In this document: positions 36,762-44,717 of the stretch, in pieces
Layout of the letters: every line of letters begins with the position of its first letter
Position numbering within the stretch: the stretch's first letter is position 1
Assembly (NCBI GenBank): GCA_947258705.1
Contig: CAMYJA010000008.1
Location: 2,441 to 66,440 of the forward strand
Direction: 5' to 3'
DNA from: an uncultured Hyphomicrobiaceae bacterium
Lineage (GTDB): Bacteria > Pseudomonadota > Alphaproteobacteria > Rhizobiales > CAMYJA01
DNA length: 64,000 bases
Notes under the pieces: generated by a model
Seen by the model: only the letters and a program-made list of their open reading frames with translations
What the model was told of the DNA's origin: nothing
Databases searched by the model: none
Position numbers and translations under genes: made by a program

Positions 36762-37952
36762 ATGAACGGCCAAAACCCCGTTTTCATACCGGGCCCTACC
36801 AATATTCCGGATCGCCTGCGGGTGGCCATGAGTGCCCAGACCAAGGACCACAGGGCATCGGATGTTACGAAAATTCTTGGTCCTCTGCCGGAGGGTCTTA
36901 AAAAGGTCTTCAAAACCGAGTCAGGACGGGCACTGATCTTTCCTGCTAGCGGAACCGGCGGATGGGAGGCGGCGGTGACGAATACCCTGTCGCCGGGCGA
37001 CAGGGTGCTTGCGGCACGACACGGTCTGTTTTCTCAAAAGTGGATCGATCTGTGCCAGCGCCACGGTCTCGATGTGGACGTCATTGATCGCCCCTGGGGT
37101 TCGGGAGCGCCCGTGGATCTGTTTGAGGAGCGGCTGAGCGCCGACACATCTCATGAGATCAAGGCAGTGCTTGTTACGCACAATGAGACCGCGACCGGGG
37201 TCAAGAGCGACGTGGGCGCCGTGCGCGGTGCGATCGATGCGGCGGGACACCCGGCGATGCTTTTTGTGGATGCTGTCAGCTCACTCGGATCGATGGATTT
37301 CCGCATGGATGAGTGGGGCGTCGATATCGCTGTTTCTGGCTCTCAGAAGGGGTTTATGTTGCCGACGGGCATCGCAATCCTCGCAGTGAGCGAAAAAGCG
37401 CATGCCGCGATTGAGACCGCGAAATGCCCGCGCTGTTTCTTCGACTTCCGCGATATGGACGACGCGCTTTCCACAGGCGGCTTTCCATATACGCCGCCGA
37501 TGCAGCTTCTGTTAGGCCTGCGCGAGTCGCTTGACATGCTTTTCGAGGAAGGGTTGGACAATGTCTATGCGCGACACTTCCGGCTTGCCGAAGGCGTGCG
37601 TCGCGCGGTTGCAGCCTGGGGGCTGCGTATGTGCGCCGAGAGCCCGGAACTCTACTCGGATTCGGTAACGGCAATCTACGTTCCGGAGGGGTTTGATGCC
37701 CATGCGCTGACCAACTACGCATACGACACCTACGGCGTGTCGTTTGGTGCCGGGCTTGGTGAATTTGCGGGCAAGGTCTTTCGCATCGGGCATCTGGGTG
37801 CCCTCACGGACGTCATGGTTCTGTCCGGCCTTGCGACCGCTGAAATGGCTATGAAAGATCTCGACTACCCGATTGAGCTTGGCTCCGGCGTTGCCGTGGC
37901 TCAACAATATTACCGCGAGACGGCAAATGCCGCCCGCTTCAAAGCCGCATGA
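36762..37952 (+). CDS. bhcA: Class V aminotransferase (serine/alanine/aspartate-glyoxylate type); BhcA-like aspartate-glyoxylate aminotransferase
   Basis: 396-aa ORF with the PLP-lysine motif SGSQKGFMLPTG. It shows AGXT-like organisation and is the first gene after the IclR regulator. Confidence 0.65.
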   Translation: MNGQNPVFIPGPTNIPDRLRVAMSAQTKDHRASDVTKILGPLPEGLKKVFKTESGRALIFPASGTGGWEAAVTNTLSPGDRVLAARHGLFSQKWIDLCQRHGLDVDVIDRPWGSGAPVDLFEERLSADTSHEIKAVLVTHNETATGVKSDVGAVRGAIDAAGHPAMLFVDAVSSLGSMDFRMDEWGVDIAVSGSQKGFMLPTGIAILAVSEKAHAAIETAKCPRCFFDFRDMDDALSTGGFPYTPPMQLLLGLRESLDMLFEEGLDNVYARHFRLAEGVRRAVAAWGLRMCAESPELYSDSVTAIYVPEGFDAHALTNYAYDTYGVSFGAGLGEFAGKVFRIGHLGALTDVMVLSGLATAEMAMKDLDYPIELGSGVAVAQQYYRETANAARFKAA

Positions 37953-37959
37953 GGATGTC

Positions 37960-38928
37960 ATGACAGATAACAGCGATCTCTATATTCCCACATTCTGCGA
38001 CATGCTTGAGGCCCATGAACGGATCAGGCCCTATGTCCATAAAACGCCTGTCCTGACATCGAGCTACTTAAACAGCCTGATCGGCGCGGAGATTTTTTTC
38101 AAATGCGAGAATTTTCAGAAGGCTGGCGTTTTCAAGGCGCGCGGCGCATCAAATGCCGTATTCGGACTTGATGAAGAAAAAGCCAAGAAGGGGGTCGCCA
38201 CGCATTCTTCCGGCAATCACGGCCTGTCGCTATCCTATGCTGCCGGCAGGCGCGGCATCACGGCGACGGTGGTCATGCCGCACACAGCGCCCGATGCCAA
38301 GAAGGACGCCGTGCGCGGCTATGGTGGAACGATTGTGGAATGCGAACCCTCGACCTCTTCGCGCGAGGCCGTTTTCGCTGAAGTGGTCGAAAAAACTGGC
38401 GCTGATTTCATCCACCCCTATAATGATCCAAGGGTAGTCGCGGGTCAGGGCACCTGTTCGCGCGAAATGCTGGAACAGGTTGACGATCTCGATGCCATTA
38501 TCGCCCCCATCGGCGGCGGCGGCATGGTGTCTGGAACCTGTCTGACTCTATCCAACATGGCGCCAAATATTAAGATCTATGCAGCCGAGCCGAAGAACGC
38601 CGATGACGCCTATCGTTCATTCAAGGCCGGTCACATCATCGCTGACGATGCGCCGCAAACCGTAGCAGATGGCCTCAAGGTGCCACTGAAGGACCTCACC
38701 TGGCATTTTGTCTCCAACTATGTAGAAGACATCTTGCTGGCAACGGAAGAAGAGATTATCGACGCGATGAAGCTCACATGGGAGCGCATGAAGATCGTCA
38801 TGGAGCCGTCAAGTGCCGTGCCGCTCGCTACTATGATTAAGAACAAACCCGTTTTTGCAGGAAAGCGCGTCGGTGTTATCATTACCGGCGGCAATGTCGA
38901 CCTCGACAAGCTGCCATGGAACAAATGA
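37960..38928 (+). CDS. bhcB: PLP-dependent Ser/Thr dehydratase-fold enzyme (3-hydroxyaspartate ammonia-lyase type); BhcB-like beta-hydroxyaspartate dehydratase
   Basis: Start at the ATG at 37960 (MTDNSDLY), 8 nt after the bhcA stop. It has the PLP-lysine motif CENFQKAGVFKARGA, the SSGNHG loop and GGGGMVSG. Confidence 0.65.
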   Translation: MTDNSDLYIPTFCDMLEAHERIRPYVHKTPVLTSSYLNSLIGAEIFFKCENFQKAGVFKARGASNAVFGLDEEKAKKGVATHSSGNHGLSLSYAAGRRGITATVVMPHTAPDAKKDAVRGYGGTIVECEPSTSSREAVFAEVVEKTGADFIHPYNDPRVVAGQGTCSREMLEQVDDLDAIIAPIGGGGMVSGTCLTLSNMAPNIKIYAAEPKNADDAYRSFKAGHIIADDAPQTVADGLKVPLKDLTWHFVSNYVEDILLATEEEIIDAMKLTWERMKIVMEPSSAVPLATMIKNKPVFAGKRVGVIITGGNVDLDKLPWNK

Positions 38929-38945
38929 TTAGGGAGGAATTAGAG

Positions 38946-40109
38946 ATGACCGCACATTTTAAGCCCGAGGAATACGAAGTCGGATATAACATCCCCGCAG
39001 CCGTCGGCATGGATGAAGCTGATATCCAGACCCCTTGCCTGGTCCTCGATCTCGATGCGCTTGAGCGCAATATCAAGAAGATGGGGCAATTCGCCAAGGA
39101 CATGGGCGTACGCCACCGGGTGCATGGCAAGATGCATAAATCGGTGGACGTAGCGCTTCTGCAGGAAAAGCTGGGCGATTCATGTGGTGTTTGCTGCCAG
39201 AAGGTCAGCGAGGCCGAAGCATTTGCCCGCGGTGGCATCAAGGACGTTCTGGTTTCCAATCAGGTGACCGATCCGGCCAAGATTGACCGCCTTGCGCGCA
39301 TGCCGAAACTTGGAGCTCGCACCATTGTTTGCGTGGATAATGTCGATAATGTTGCCGACCTTTCGGCAGGGGCGCAAAAGCACGGTACCACCATTGAGTG
39401 TCTCGTCGAGATTGATTGCGGTGCCGGACGCTGCGGCGTAACCACGACACCGGAGGTTTTGGAAATCGCCAGGGCGATTGCGGCAGCCCCTGGACTCAAA
39501 TTTTCAGGAATCCAGGCCTATCAGGGCGCCATGCAACACATGGACAAATATGAAGACAGGAAGGAAAAGATCGATATTGCGGTCGCCATGGTAAAGGATG
39601 CGGTCGAGGCATTGAAAGCCGAGGGAATGGAATGCGATATCGTTGGCGGCGGCGGCACAGGTTCTTACTATTTCGAAGGAACCTCCGGCGTTTACAATGA
39701 ATTACAATGCGGTTCCTACGCCTTTATGGATGCCGATTATGGCCGCATCCTCGATAAGGACGGTAACCGTATAGATCAGGGTGAATGGGAAAACGCCTTG
39801 TTTATCCTCACAACCGTGATGAGCCATGTGAAGGCCAATCTAGCCGTTTGCGATGCCGGCCTTAAGGCACAGTCAGTGGACTCCGGCCTTCCGGTGGTCT
39901 TTGGCCGCGATGATGTGAAATATTTCAAATGCTCCGACGAGCACGGTGTTATCGAAGATCCCGATGGCGCATTGAAGATCAATGACAAACTAAAGCTCGT
40001 TCCCGGTCATTGTGACCCGACCTGCAACGTTCACGACTGGTATGTCGGCGTGCGCAACGGCAAGGTTGAATGCCTGTGGCCGGTAACGGCCCGCGGCCTG
40101 GCCTATTGA
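38946..40109 (+). CDS. bhcC: DSD1/alanine-racemase-fold PLP enzyme (D-threonine-aldolase / D-3-hydroxyaspartate type); BhcC-like beta-hydroxyaspartate aldolase
   Basis: The preferred start is the ATG at 38946, 8 nt after AGGGAGG (38931-38937). TPCLVLDLDALERNIKKM and HGKMHKS form the fold-type III N-terminal barrel with its PLP lysine. The C-terminal LVPGHCDPT is a D-serine-dehydratase-like motif. Confidence 0.65.
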   Translation: MTAHFKPEEYEVGYNIPAAVGMDEADIQTPCLVLDLDALERNIKKMGQFAKDMGVRHRVHGKMHKSVDVALLQEKLGDSCGVCCQKVSEAEAFARGGIKDVLVSNQVTDPAKIDRLARMPKLGARTIVCVDNVDNVADLSAGAQKHGTTIECLVEIDCGAGRCGVTTTPEVLEIARAIAAAPGLKFSGIQAYQGAMQHMDKYEDRKEKIDIAVAMVKDAVEALKAEGMECDIVGGGGTGSYYFEGTSGVYNELQCGSYAFMDADYGRILDKDGNRIDQGEWENALFILTTVMSHVKANLAVCDAGLKAQSVDSGLPVVFGRDDVKYFKCSDEHGVIEDPDGALKINDKLKLVPGHCDPTCNVHDWYVGVRNGKVECLWPVTARGLAY

Positions 40110-40121
40110 CGGGAGTTTGCT

Positions 40122-41087
40122 TTGCTTATCATATCCGAAGAGACCTGCCAGCAAGTCATAGATCGCTCCGATGCTTTCACTGCGGTGGAAAATGTTTTCG
40201 CCGCTATGGCGCGGGGCGATGCCTATAATTTCCCCGTCATCCGGGAAGACATTGGCCACGCAGATGCGCTTTATGGCTTCAAATCCGGTTTTGACCGGGC
40301 GGGTTTGGTACTCGGCGTGAAGTCGGGCGGCTACTGGCCGGGCAATGCAGAAAAAGGACTGACCAACCACCAGTCGACAGTATTCCTGTTCGATCCTGAT
40401 ACCGGTCAACTCAAAGCCCTGGTGGGAGGTAACTACCTCACGGCCATGCGTACGGCCGCTTCCAGCGCAGTTTCGATCTCCCATCTCTCTCGCGAAGATT
40501 CAAAGGTGCTCGGTATGGTCGGTGCGGGGCACCAAGCCGCCTTCCAATTGCGTGCGGCAGCTGAGCAGCGAAAATTCGAACGAGTTGTCGCCTGGAATTT
40601 TCATCCCGAGATGTTGCCGGGGCTTGCCGAGGTCGCCGGCGAGATCGGGTTGCCATTTGAGGCCGTCGAGAGAGAACAGCTGGGTGCCGAAGCGGATGTC
40701 ATCATCACGATAACGTCTTCCCATGAACCGCTGATGATGAAGGAATGGATCAAGCCGGGTACCCATCTCGCGTGTATGGGTACGGACACCAAGGGCAAGC
40801 AGGAGGTCGATCCGGCTCTTGTCGCACGCGCAATGCTTTTTGCAGACGAAGTGTCTCAATCAGCCACGATTGGTGAAACGCAACATGCCGTTTCTGCTGG
40901 ATTGATTGACGAGGGCGCGATTACACCCGTTGGCAAGGTCATCAATGGTGCTCATCCGGGCCGGCAATCCGAAAATGACATTACTTTATTTGACGGCACG
41001 GGCGTGGGGTTGCAGGATTTAGCGGTAGCAAATGTTGCTGCAAATCTCGCGCAGGAGCGGGGATTGGCAGGACTGGCGGAGTTGTAG
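40122..41087 (+). CDS. bhcD: Ornithine cyclodeaminase/mu-crystallin family protein; BhcD-like iminosuccinate reductase
   Basis: 321-aa ORF with a TTG start after GGGAG. NYLTAMRTAASSAVS and the Rossmann motif GMVGAGHQAAFQL are typical of the OCD/mu-crystallin family. It is the fourth gene of the cluster. Confidence 0.65.
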   Translation: MLIISEETCQQVIDRSDAFTAVENVFAAMARGDAYNFPVIREDIGHADALYGFKSGFDRAGLVLGVKSGGYWPGNAEKGLTNHQSTVFLFDPDTGQLKALVGGNYLTAMRTAASSAVSISHLSREDSKVLGMVGAGHQAAFQLRAAAEQRKFERVVAWNFHPEMLPGLAEVAGEIGLPFEAVEREQLGAEADVIITITSSHEPLMMKEWIKPGTHLACMGTDTKGKQEVDPALVARAMLFADEVSQSATIGETQHAVSAGLIDEGAITPVGKVINGAHPGRQSENDITLFDGTGVGLQDLAVANVAANLAQERGLAGLAEL

Positions 41088-41253
41088 CACCTTCTCGCCT
41101 TTTCGGATGGTGAACGAAATAACGAAAGCTGACACCAAAGACCGCATCCGCTTCACCAAGAGTTCAGGAATCGGGATAAATCATAGTGGTACCCATATGG
41201 TACCCGCAACGGTTTTTTGAAGAATAGAAAATTATATAACCCTTTGAAATCAT

Positions 41254-41330
41254 TGGTGACCCCGAGAGGATTCGAACCTCTGACCCTCAGATTAGGAATC
41301 TGATGCTCTATCCAACTGAGCTACGGGGCC
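41254..41330 (-). tRNA. tRNA-Arg (anticodon CCT), with encoded CCA end
   Basis: The reverse complement is GGCCCCGTAGCTCAGTTGGATAGAGCATCAGATTCCTAATCTGAGGGTCAGAGGTTCGAATCCTCTCGGGGTCACCA. It folds as a cloverleaf with a 7-bp acceptor stem, GCTC/GAGC D stem, TCAGA/TCTGA anticodon stem with loop TTCCTAA, and AGAGG/CCTCT T stem with TTCGAAT loop. Confidence 0.95.
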
Positions 41331-41608
41331 TTGAAAAAAATCAATGACTAGCTGTTCCCTCTTGCGCATTGGTTCCTTTTGCGGCCCCGGTCAGATATCG
41401 GCACCTTCAGCCGCCATGGGTGTAATGCACGCCTTCAGACGGCCTTGAACGCGATATCGCCTGAAGTTCGAGCGGGCAAAGTACCAATTCCGCGCGGTCC
41501 CTGTCCAGTGAGTTGCGTGAAATCCGCCACATATTCCCATGCCTCCTCATTCAAGGCACCGCGTATATCTCTTCTCGAAAAAATGCGGACGATTTCAATG
41601 CTTCATGA

Positions 41609-42172
41609 TCAAAGCTTCAGGCGCAAATAATCGGCAATGAAATCGGCAATCGCCGGTACATCGTCAATGTTGAAAAGGGGGAGCCCGTCCGTGTCGCCTT
41701 TCCGATCGGAGGCGACCGGCACGATATTATATTTGTCACGCGGCAGCTTTTCCTGCGTCAGGCTGCGCGTGCTCCTGATTTCGATCTTCGGGAAACGCTC
41801 CGCCTTATAGCCTTCGACAAGGATCATGTCTGACCGAGCAAGCTGGGACAGGATATCGTTGAGGAACATGTGCCCGGCGATTTTGTCGACCGCATTGTGA
41901 CCCCCGACATCCTTAATATATATAAGCGGCTTGTCCTCCTTGCACAGAACGCAGCCATGGAAGGCGCCTGTTTTGAGGTATAGCGAAGGCGATGAATTGA
42001 CTTTCTTCTGTAGCGCATGAAGCCAGGAGGTTTTTACCCGTAACTGCCGGTTGAGCTCGACATCGCGAAATTCATCCATAATGTCGCCGAACACGGTCCC
42101 TTGAGCGCATCCCGAGGTCTGGGCCTTTATCTTGAGCTTCTCCTCATAGTCGGTATCGCGCCTTGTTTGCAC
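41609..42172 (-). pseudogene. Chimeric remnant: central part of FdhD (formate dehydrogenase sulfurtransferase) fused in frame to the C-terminal third of MobB
   Basis: 187-aa ORF with a GTG start. TSGCAQG...LYLKTGAFHGCVLCKEDKPLIYIKDVGGHNAVDKIAGHMFL matches the FdhD core (EDVGRHNAxDKxxG), but the CxxC-type cysteine motif is degraded. MILVEGYKAERFPKIEI...NIVPVASD...LPLFNIDDVPAIADFIADYL aligns with my recollection of the E. coli MobB tail (LILVEGFKHEEIAKIVL...VIAVASD...LDINDVEGLADFVVEW). Both parent genes are truncated. Confidence 0.6.
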
Positions 42173-42409
42173 GGATTTCAGTTTCTTTTCATAATGAATG
42201 GCCGTGATTTCGTCCGTCCGTTAAACGGAGGCGGGGCAAGTTTCAAAACCGCCCTGTAAACACTTAAATTGCAATATTTTGTTTTATTTAATTACTTTTT
42301 TGATGTGTGTTGGTGTCGGCATTTCTGGCTTGAGCATCGAGCAGTTGTTGTGCAAACGTTTTAGATACGCAAGTAACGCGATCGAGTTGACGCATCCGAA
42401 AGTTGTTGA

Positions 42410-42838
42410 ATGACCGGATTGCAGTCGAGAATATCAAGTGCCGCGGTGTCCACCCCGGAGGAACAGTTCAGGGCTCAGGTTTACCGATTGCTTGTGCGCT
42501 TTTTGACGCGCCCCCCCGATAACTCGGATCCGATCCTTGCCGATCTTGATGGCCTAAACGAATACGATGAGGGTTTCACCGATGCCGCATTGGCGGTCAA
42601 GGCATTGAAGAGGGCCTATAAAGTCGGTGGCGGATTTTTGACCGATGAGGAACGGAAAAATAACGAACGAGACGCCAGTGAGAAAACCGGGGAGCGGGAA
42701 GAAGAGAACGGCCCGGCTGGCATTTCCGGTGATGGAAATGCGCCCGATAGCGATGATACCATCGGGTTTTCACATGATGAACGATCAACTGAAGCCGGAC
42801 CGGAACAACAGGACACTGACGGACCGGTGAAATCCTAG
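42410..42838 (+). CDS. Hypothetical acidic protein (structured N-terminal about 75 aa, disordered D/E-rich tail)
   Basis: 142-aa ORF that ends 11 nt before the nuclease gene. The N-terminus EEQFRAQVYRLLVRFLTRPPDNSDPILADL is reminiscent of TorD/DmsD-type chaperone N-termini. The rest is low-complexity acidic sequence. Confidence 0.4.
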   Translation: MTGLQSRISSAAVSTPEEQFRAQVYRLLVRFLTRPPDNSDPILADLDGLNEYDEGFTDAALAVKALKRAYKVGGGFLTDEERKNNERDASEKTGEREEENGPAGISGDGNAPDSDDTIGFSHDERSTEAGPEQQDTDGPVKS

Positions 42839-42849
42839 AGAAAACAACC

Positions 42850-43746
42850 ATGTCACCTAAATGGATTTTCACCGTTGGGATACTCACTGGGCTGGTGACA
42901 TTGCCGGGTGGTGCCGTGGCGCAGAATTCGAGCCCGTCCCCAAACTTGATGGTGGCGAGTGAAAATTTACCGACTCAGTCGCAGCAGAAAACAGCACCCG
43001 CCGATTGCCATCGGACCTCAGGTTCAACACATCATGTGATCGGGATCCTGGACGGGAAGACTGTCAGGCTTGAAGACGGAAGCATTTTGAGTCTGAAGGG
43101 CATTCAAACAGCGGAGATGAGTGATACCGGTACCGAACCGGGAGCATCCAGCCGCCCCGATCACAAGGCGCATCTCTCACTGAAGCAGCTGGTTCTGGGC
43201 CGCGCAATCACGCTCCGATCAGGCAAACCCCGCCGTGATCGGCACAATCGAATTCTCGCGCATGTCTTCACGACCAAAGACGGTACGAGGCTATGGATCC
43301 AGGGCGAATTGGTTCGTAGCGGGCTGGCCATGGCGAATCCCGGGCCCCATCGGCACAACTGCAGTCAAATGCTCCTGACGCTTGAGCAAAACGCCCGGGA
43401 AAATGACCGGGGCCATTGGGCCGATAGGAGTTTTCGAATATACCGGGCCTGGCAAACGCGCGCTATCGCAAGTCGTGAGCAGACATTTCAACTCGTGGAA
43501 GGCCGCATCAGGCGCGTGTCCCGGTTGCGGAACAAGTTTTACCTCAATTTCGGACGTGACTGGAAAACGGATTTCACGATAGTTGTCGGACGCAGGGTTG
43601 CGCGGCAGTTGCACTGGCGGGGCTCGGAATTCAAAAAACTGAAAGGAAAAAAGGTCCGCGTACGCGGATGGATAGAATTCAATAGAGGACCATTGATCAG
43701 ACTGGCCCATCCCCATGACCTTGAAATTCTGCCCAGGAGGAAATAA
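42850..43746 (+). CDS. Secreted thermonuclease (SNase)-family protein
   Basis: 298-aa ORF with a signal peptide, MSPKWIFTVGILTGLVTLPGGAVAQ. GILDGKTVRLEDGSILSLKGIQTAE, DRHNRILAHVFT.DGTRLWIQGELVRSGLA and LEQNARENDRGHWA follow the staphylococcal-nuclease OB-fold pattern. Confidence 0.7.
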   Translation: MSPKWIFTVGILTGLVTLPGGAVAQNSSPSPNLMVASENLPTQSQQKTAPADCHRTSGSTHHVIGILDGKTVRLEDGSILSLKGIQTAEMSDTGTEPGASSRPDHKAHLSLKQLVLGRAITLRSGKPRRDRHNRILAHVFTTKDGTRLWIQGELVRSGLAMANPGPHRHNCSQMLLTLEQNARENDRGHWADRSFRIYRAWQTRAIASREQTFQLVEGRIRRVSRLRNKFYLNFGRDWKTDFTIVVGRRVARQLHWRGSEFKKLKGKKVRVRGWIEFNRGPLIRLAHPHDLEILPRRK

Positions 43747-43814
43747 ACCCAAAAAAATACCCGGCGCTGGCTGCAGCACCGGGTATAAAACTATTCAGTG
43801 GTCCAGATTATCAA

Positions 43815-44717
43815 TCAGGCCGCTTCGTCCTGAGCCTCGTCATCGCTGGCTTCGAATTCTTTCTTTCTCAGCTTCTCAACGCTCTTGGACAGGATCCGGG
43901 TGATTTTCTGAACAGCGCCCTGATCATCGAGCTTTTCGACAGACGCGATTTCCCGCGCCATTCTTTCCAGAGCGGCTTCATAAAGCTGTCGCTCTGAATA
44001 TGATTGTTCAGGTTGCGACTCCGACCTGTAAAGGTCGCGGACGACCTCTGCCACCGCGACAAGGCTGCCGGAATTGATCTTGGCTTCATATTCCTGCGCC
44101 CGACGGGACCACATTGTGCGTTTAACGCGCGCCTTGCCCCTCAATGTTGCCAAAGCTTTTCTGGCAACCGAGGTATCGGACAATTTCCGCATCCCTACGC
44201 TTTCCCATTTGATGGTCGGTACGCGCAATGTCATTTTTTCATTCTCGAAATTGATGACATAAAGCTCGAGGCTCATTCCAGCCACGACCTGAGTTTCAAT
44301 ATCGACAATCTGGCCGACGCCGTGGGCCGGATAGACGATGAATTCCTTAACCCGGAAACCGTGACGCTGTTGCGGATTCTTGGCCGACTCGTCTTTAGCT
44401 TTCGCCACTTTTTTTGCAGCGGCTGGTTTCTTTGCTGCAGCCGGCTTCCGTGATGCCGCCGCTTTCGCCGGAGCAGTCCGCTTGCCGTCGGTCTTGGCTC
44501 GGGTGGTGGTTTTGCCCCTGCTCTTGGCGCGCGTCGATGCGGCGGCTCCTTTTGCGGGCGCCTTGGCAGTTGTGCGCGGCGCCGTCTTGGTCCGCGCGGT
44601 TGTCTTGCGTGCAGCCGTTTTCACTTTTGTCGCGGTTTTCGTTTTTGTGGTTGTCTTCGAACGCGTTGCACTTTTTGTCGTTGCACTTTTTGTCTTTGTT
44701 GACGTCTTTGCAGCCAT
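43815..44717 (-). CDS. carD: CarD/CdnL-family RNA-polymerase-binding regulator with a roughly 115-aa Lys/Ala/Thr-rich N-terminal extension
   Basis: The CarD core is FRVKEFIVYPAHGVGQIVDIETQVVAGMSLELYVINF...TMWSRRAQEYEAKINSG...AEVVRDLYR. The ORF stays open upstream to the ATG at 44717 (MAAKTSTKTKSATTKSA...). An alternative GTG at 44408 would give a conventional-length protein but has no SD. Confidence 0.8.
   Translation of the reverse strand: MAAKTSTKTKSATTKSATRSKTTTKTKTATKVKTAARKTTARTKTAPRTTAKAPAKGAAASTRAKSRGKTTTRAKTDGKRTAPAKAAASRKPAAAKKPAAAKKVAKAKDESAKNPQQRHGFRVKEFIVYPAHGVGQIVDIETQVVAGMSLELYVINFENEKMTLRVPTIKWESVGMRKLSDTSVARKALATLRGKARVKRTMWSRRAQEYEAKINSGSLVAVAEVVRDLYRSESQPEQSYSERQLYEAALERMAREIASVEKLDDQGAVQKITRILSKSVEKLRKKEFEASDDEAQDEAA

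Noticed and set aside
41379-41630. 83-aa plus-strand ORF between tRNA-Arg and the FdhD-MobB remnant
   Set aside because: It has no start context, an Arg/Ser/Pro-rich translation, and overlaps the end of the remnant ORF. It is probably non-coding or decayed sequence.
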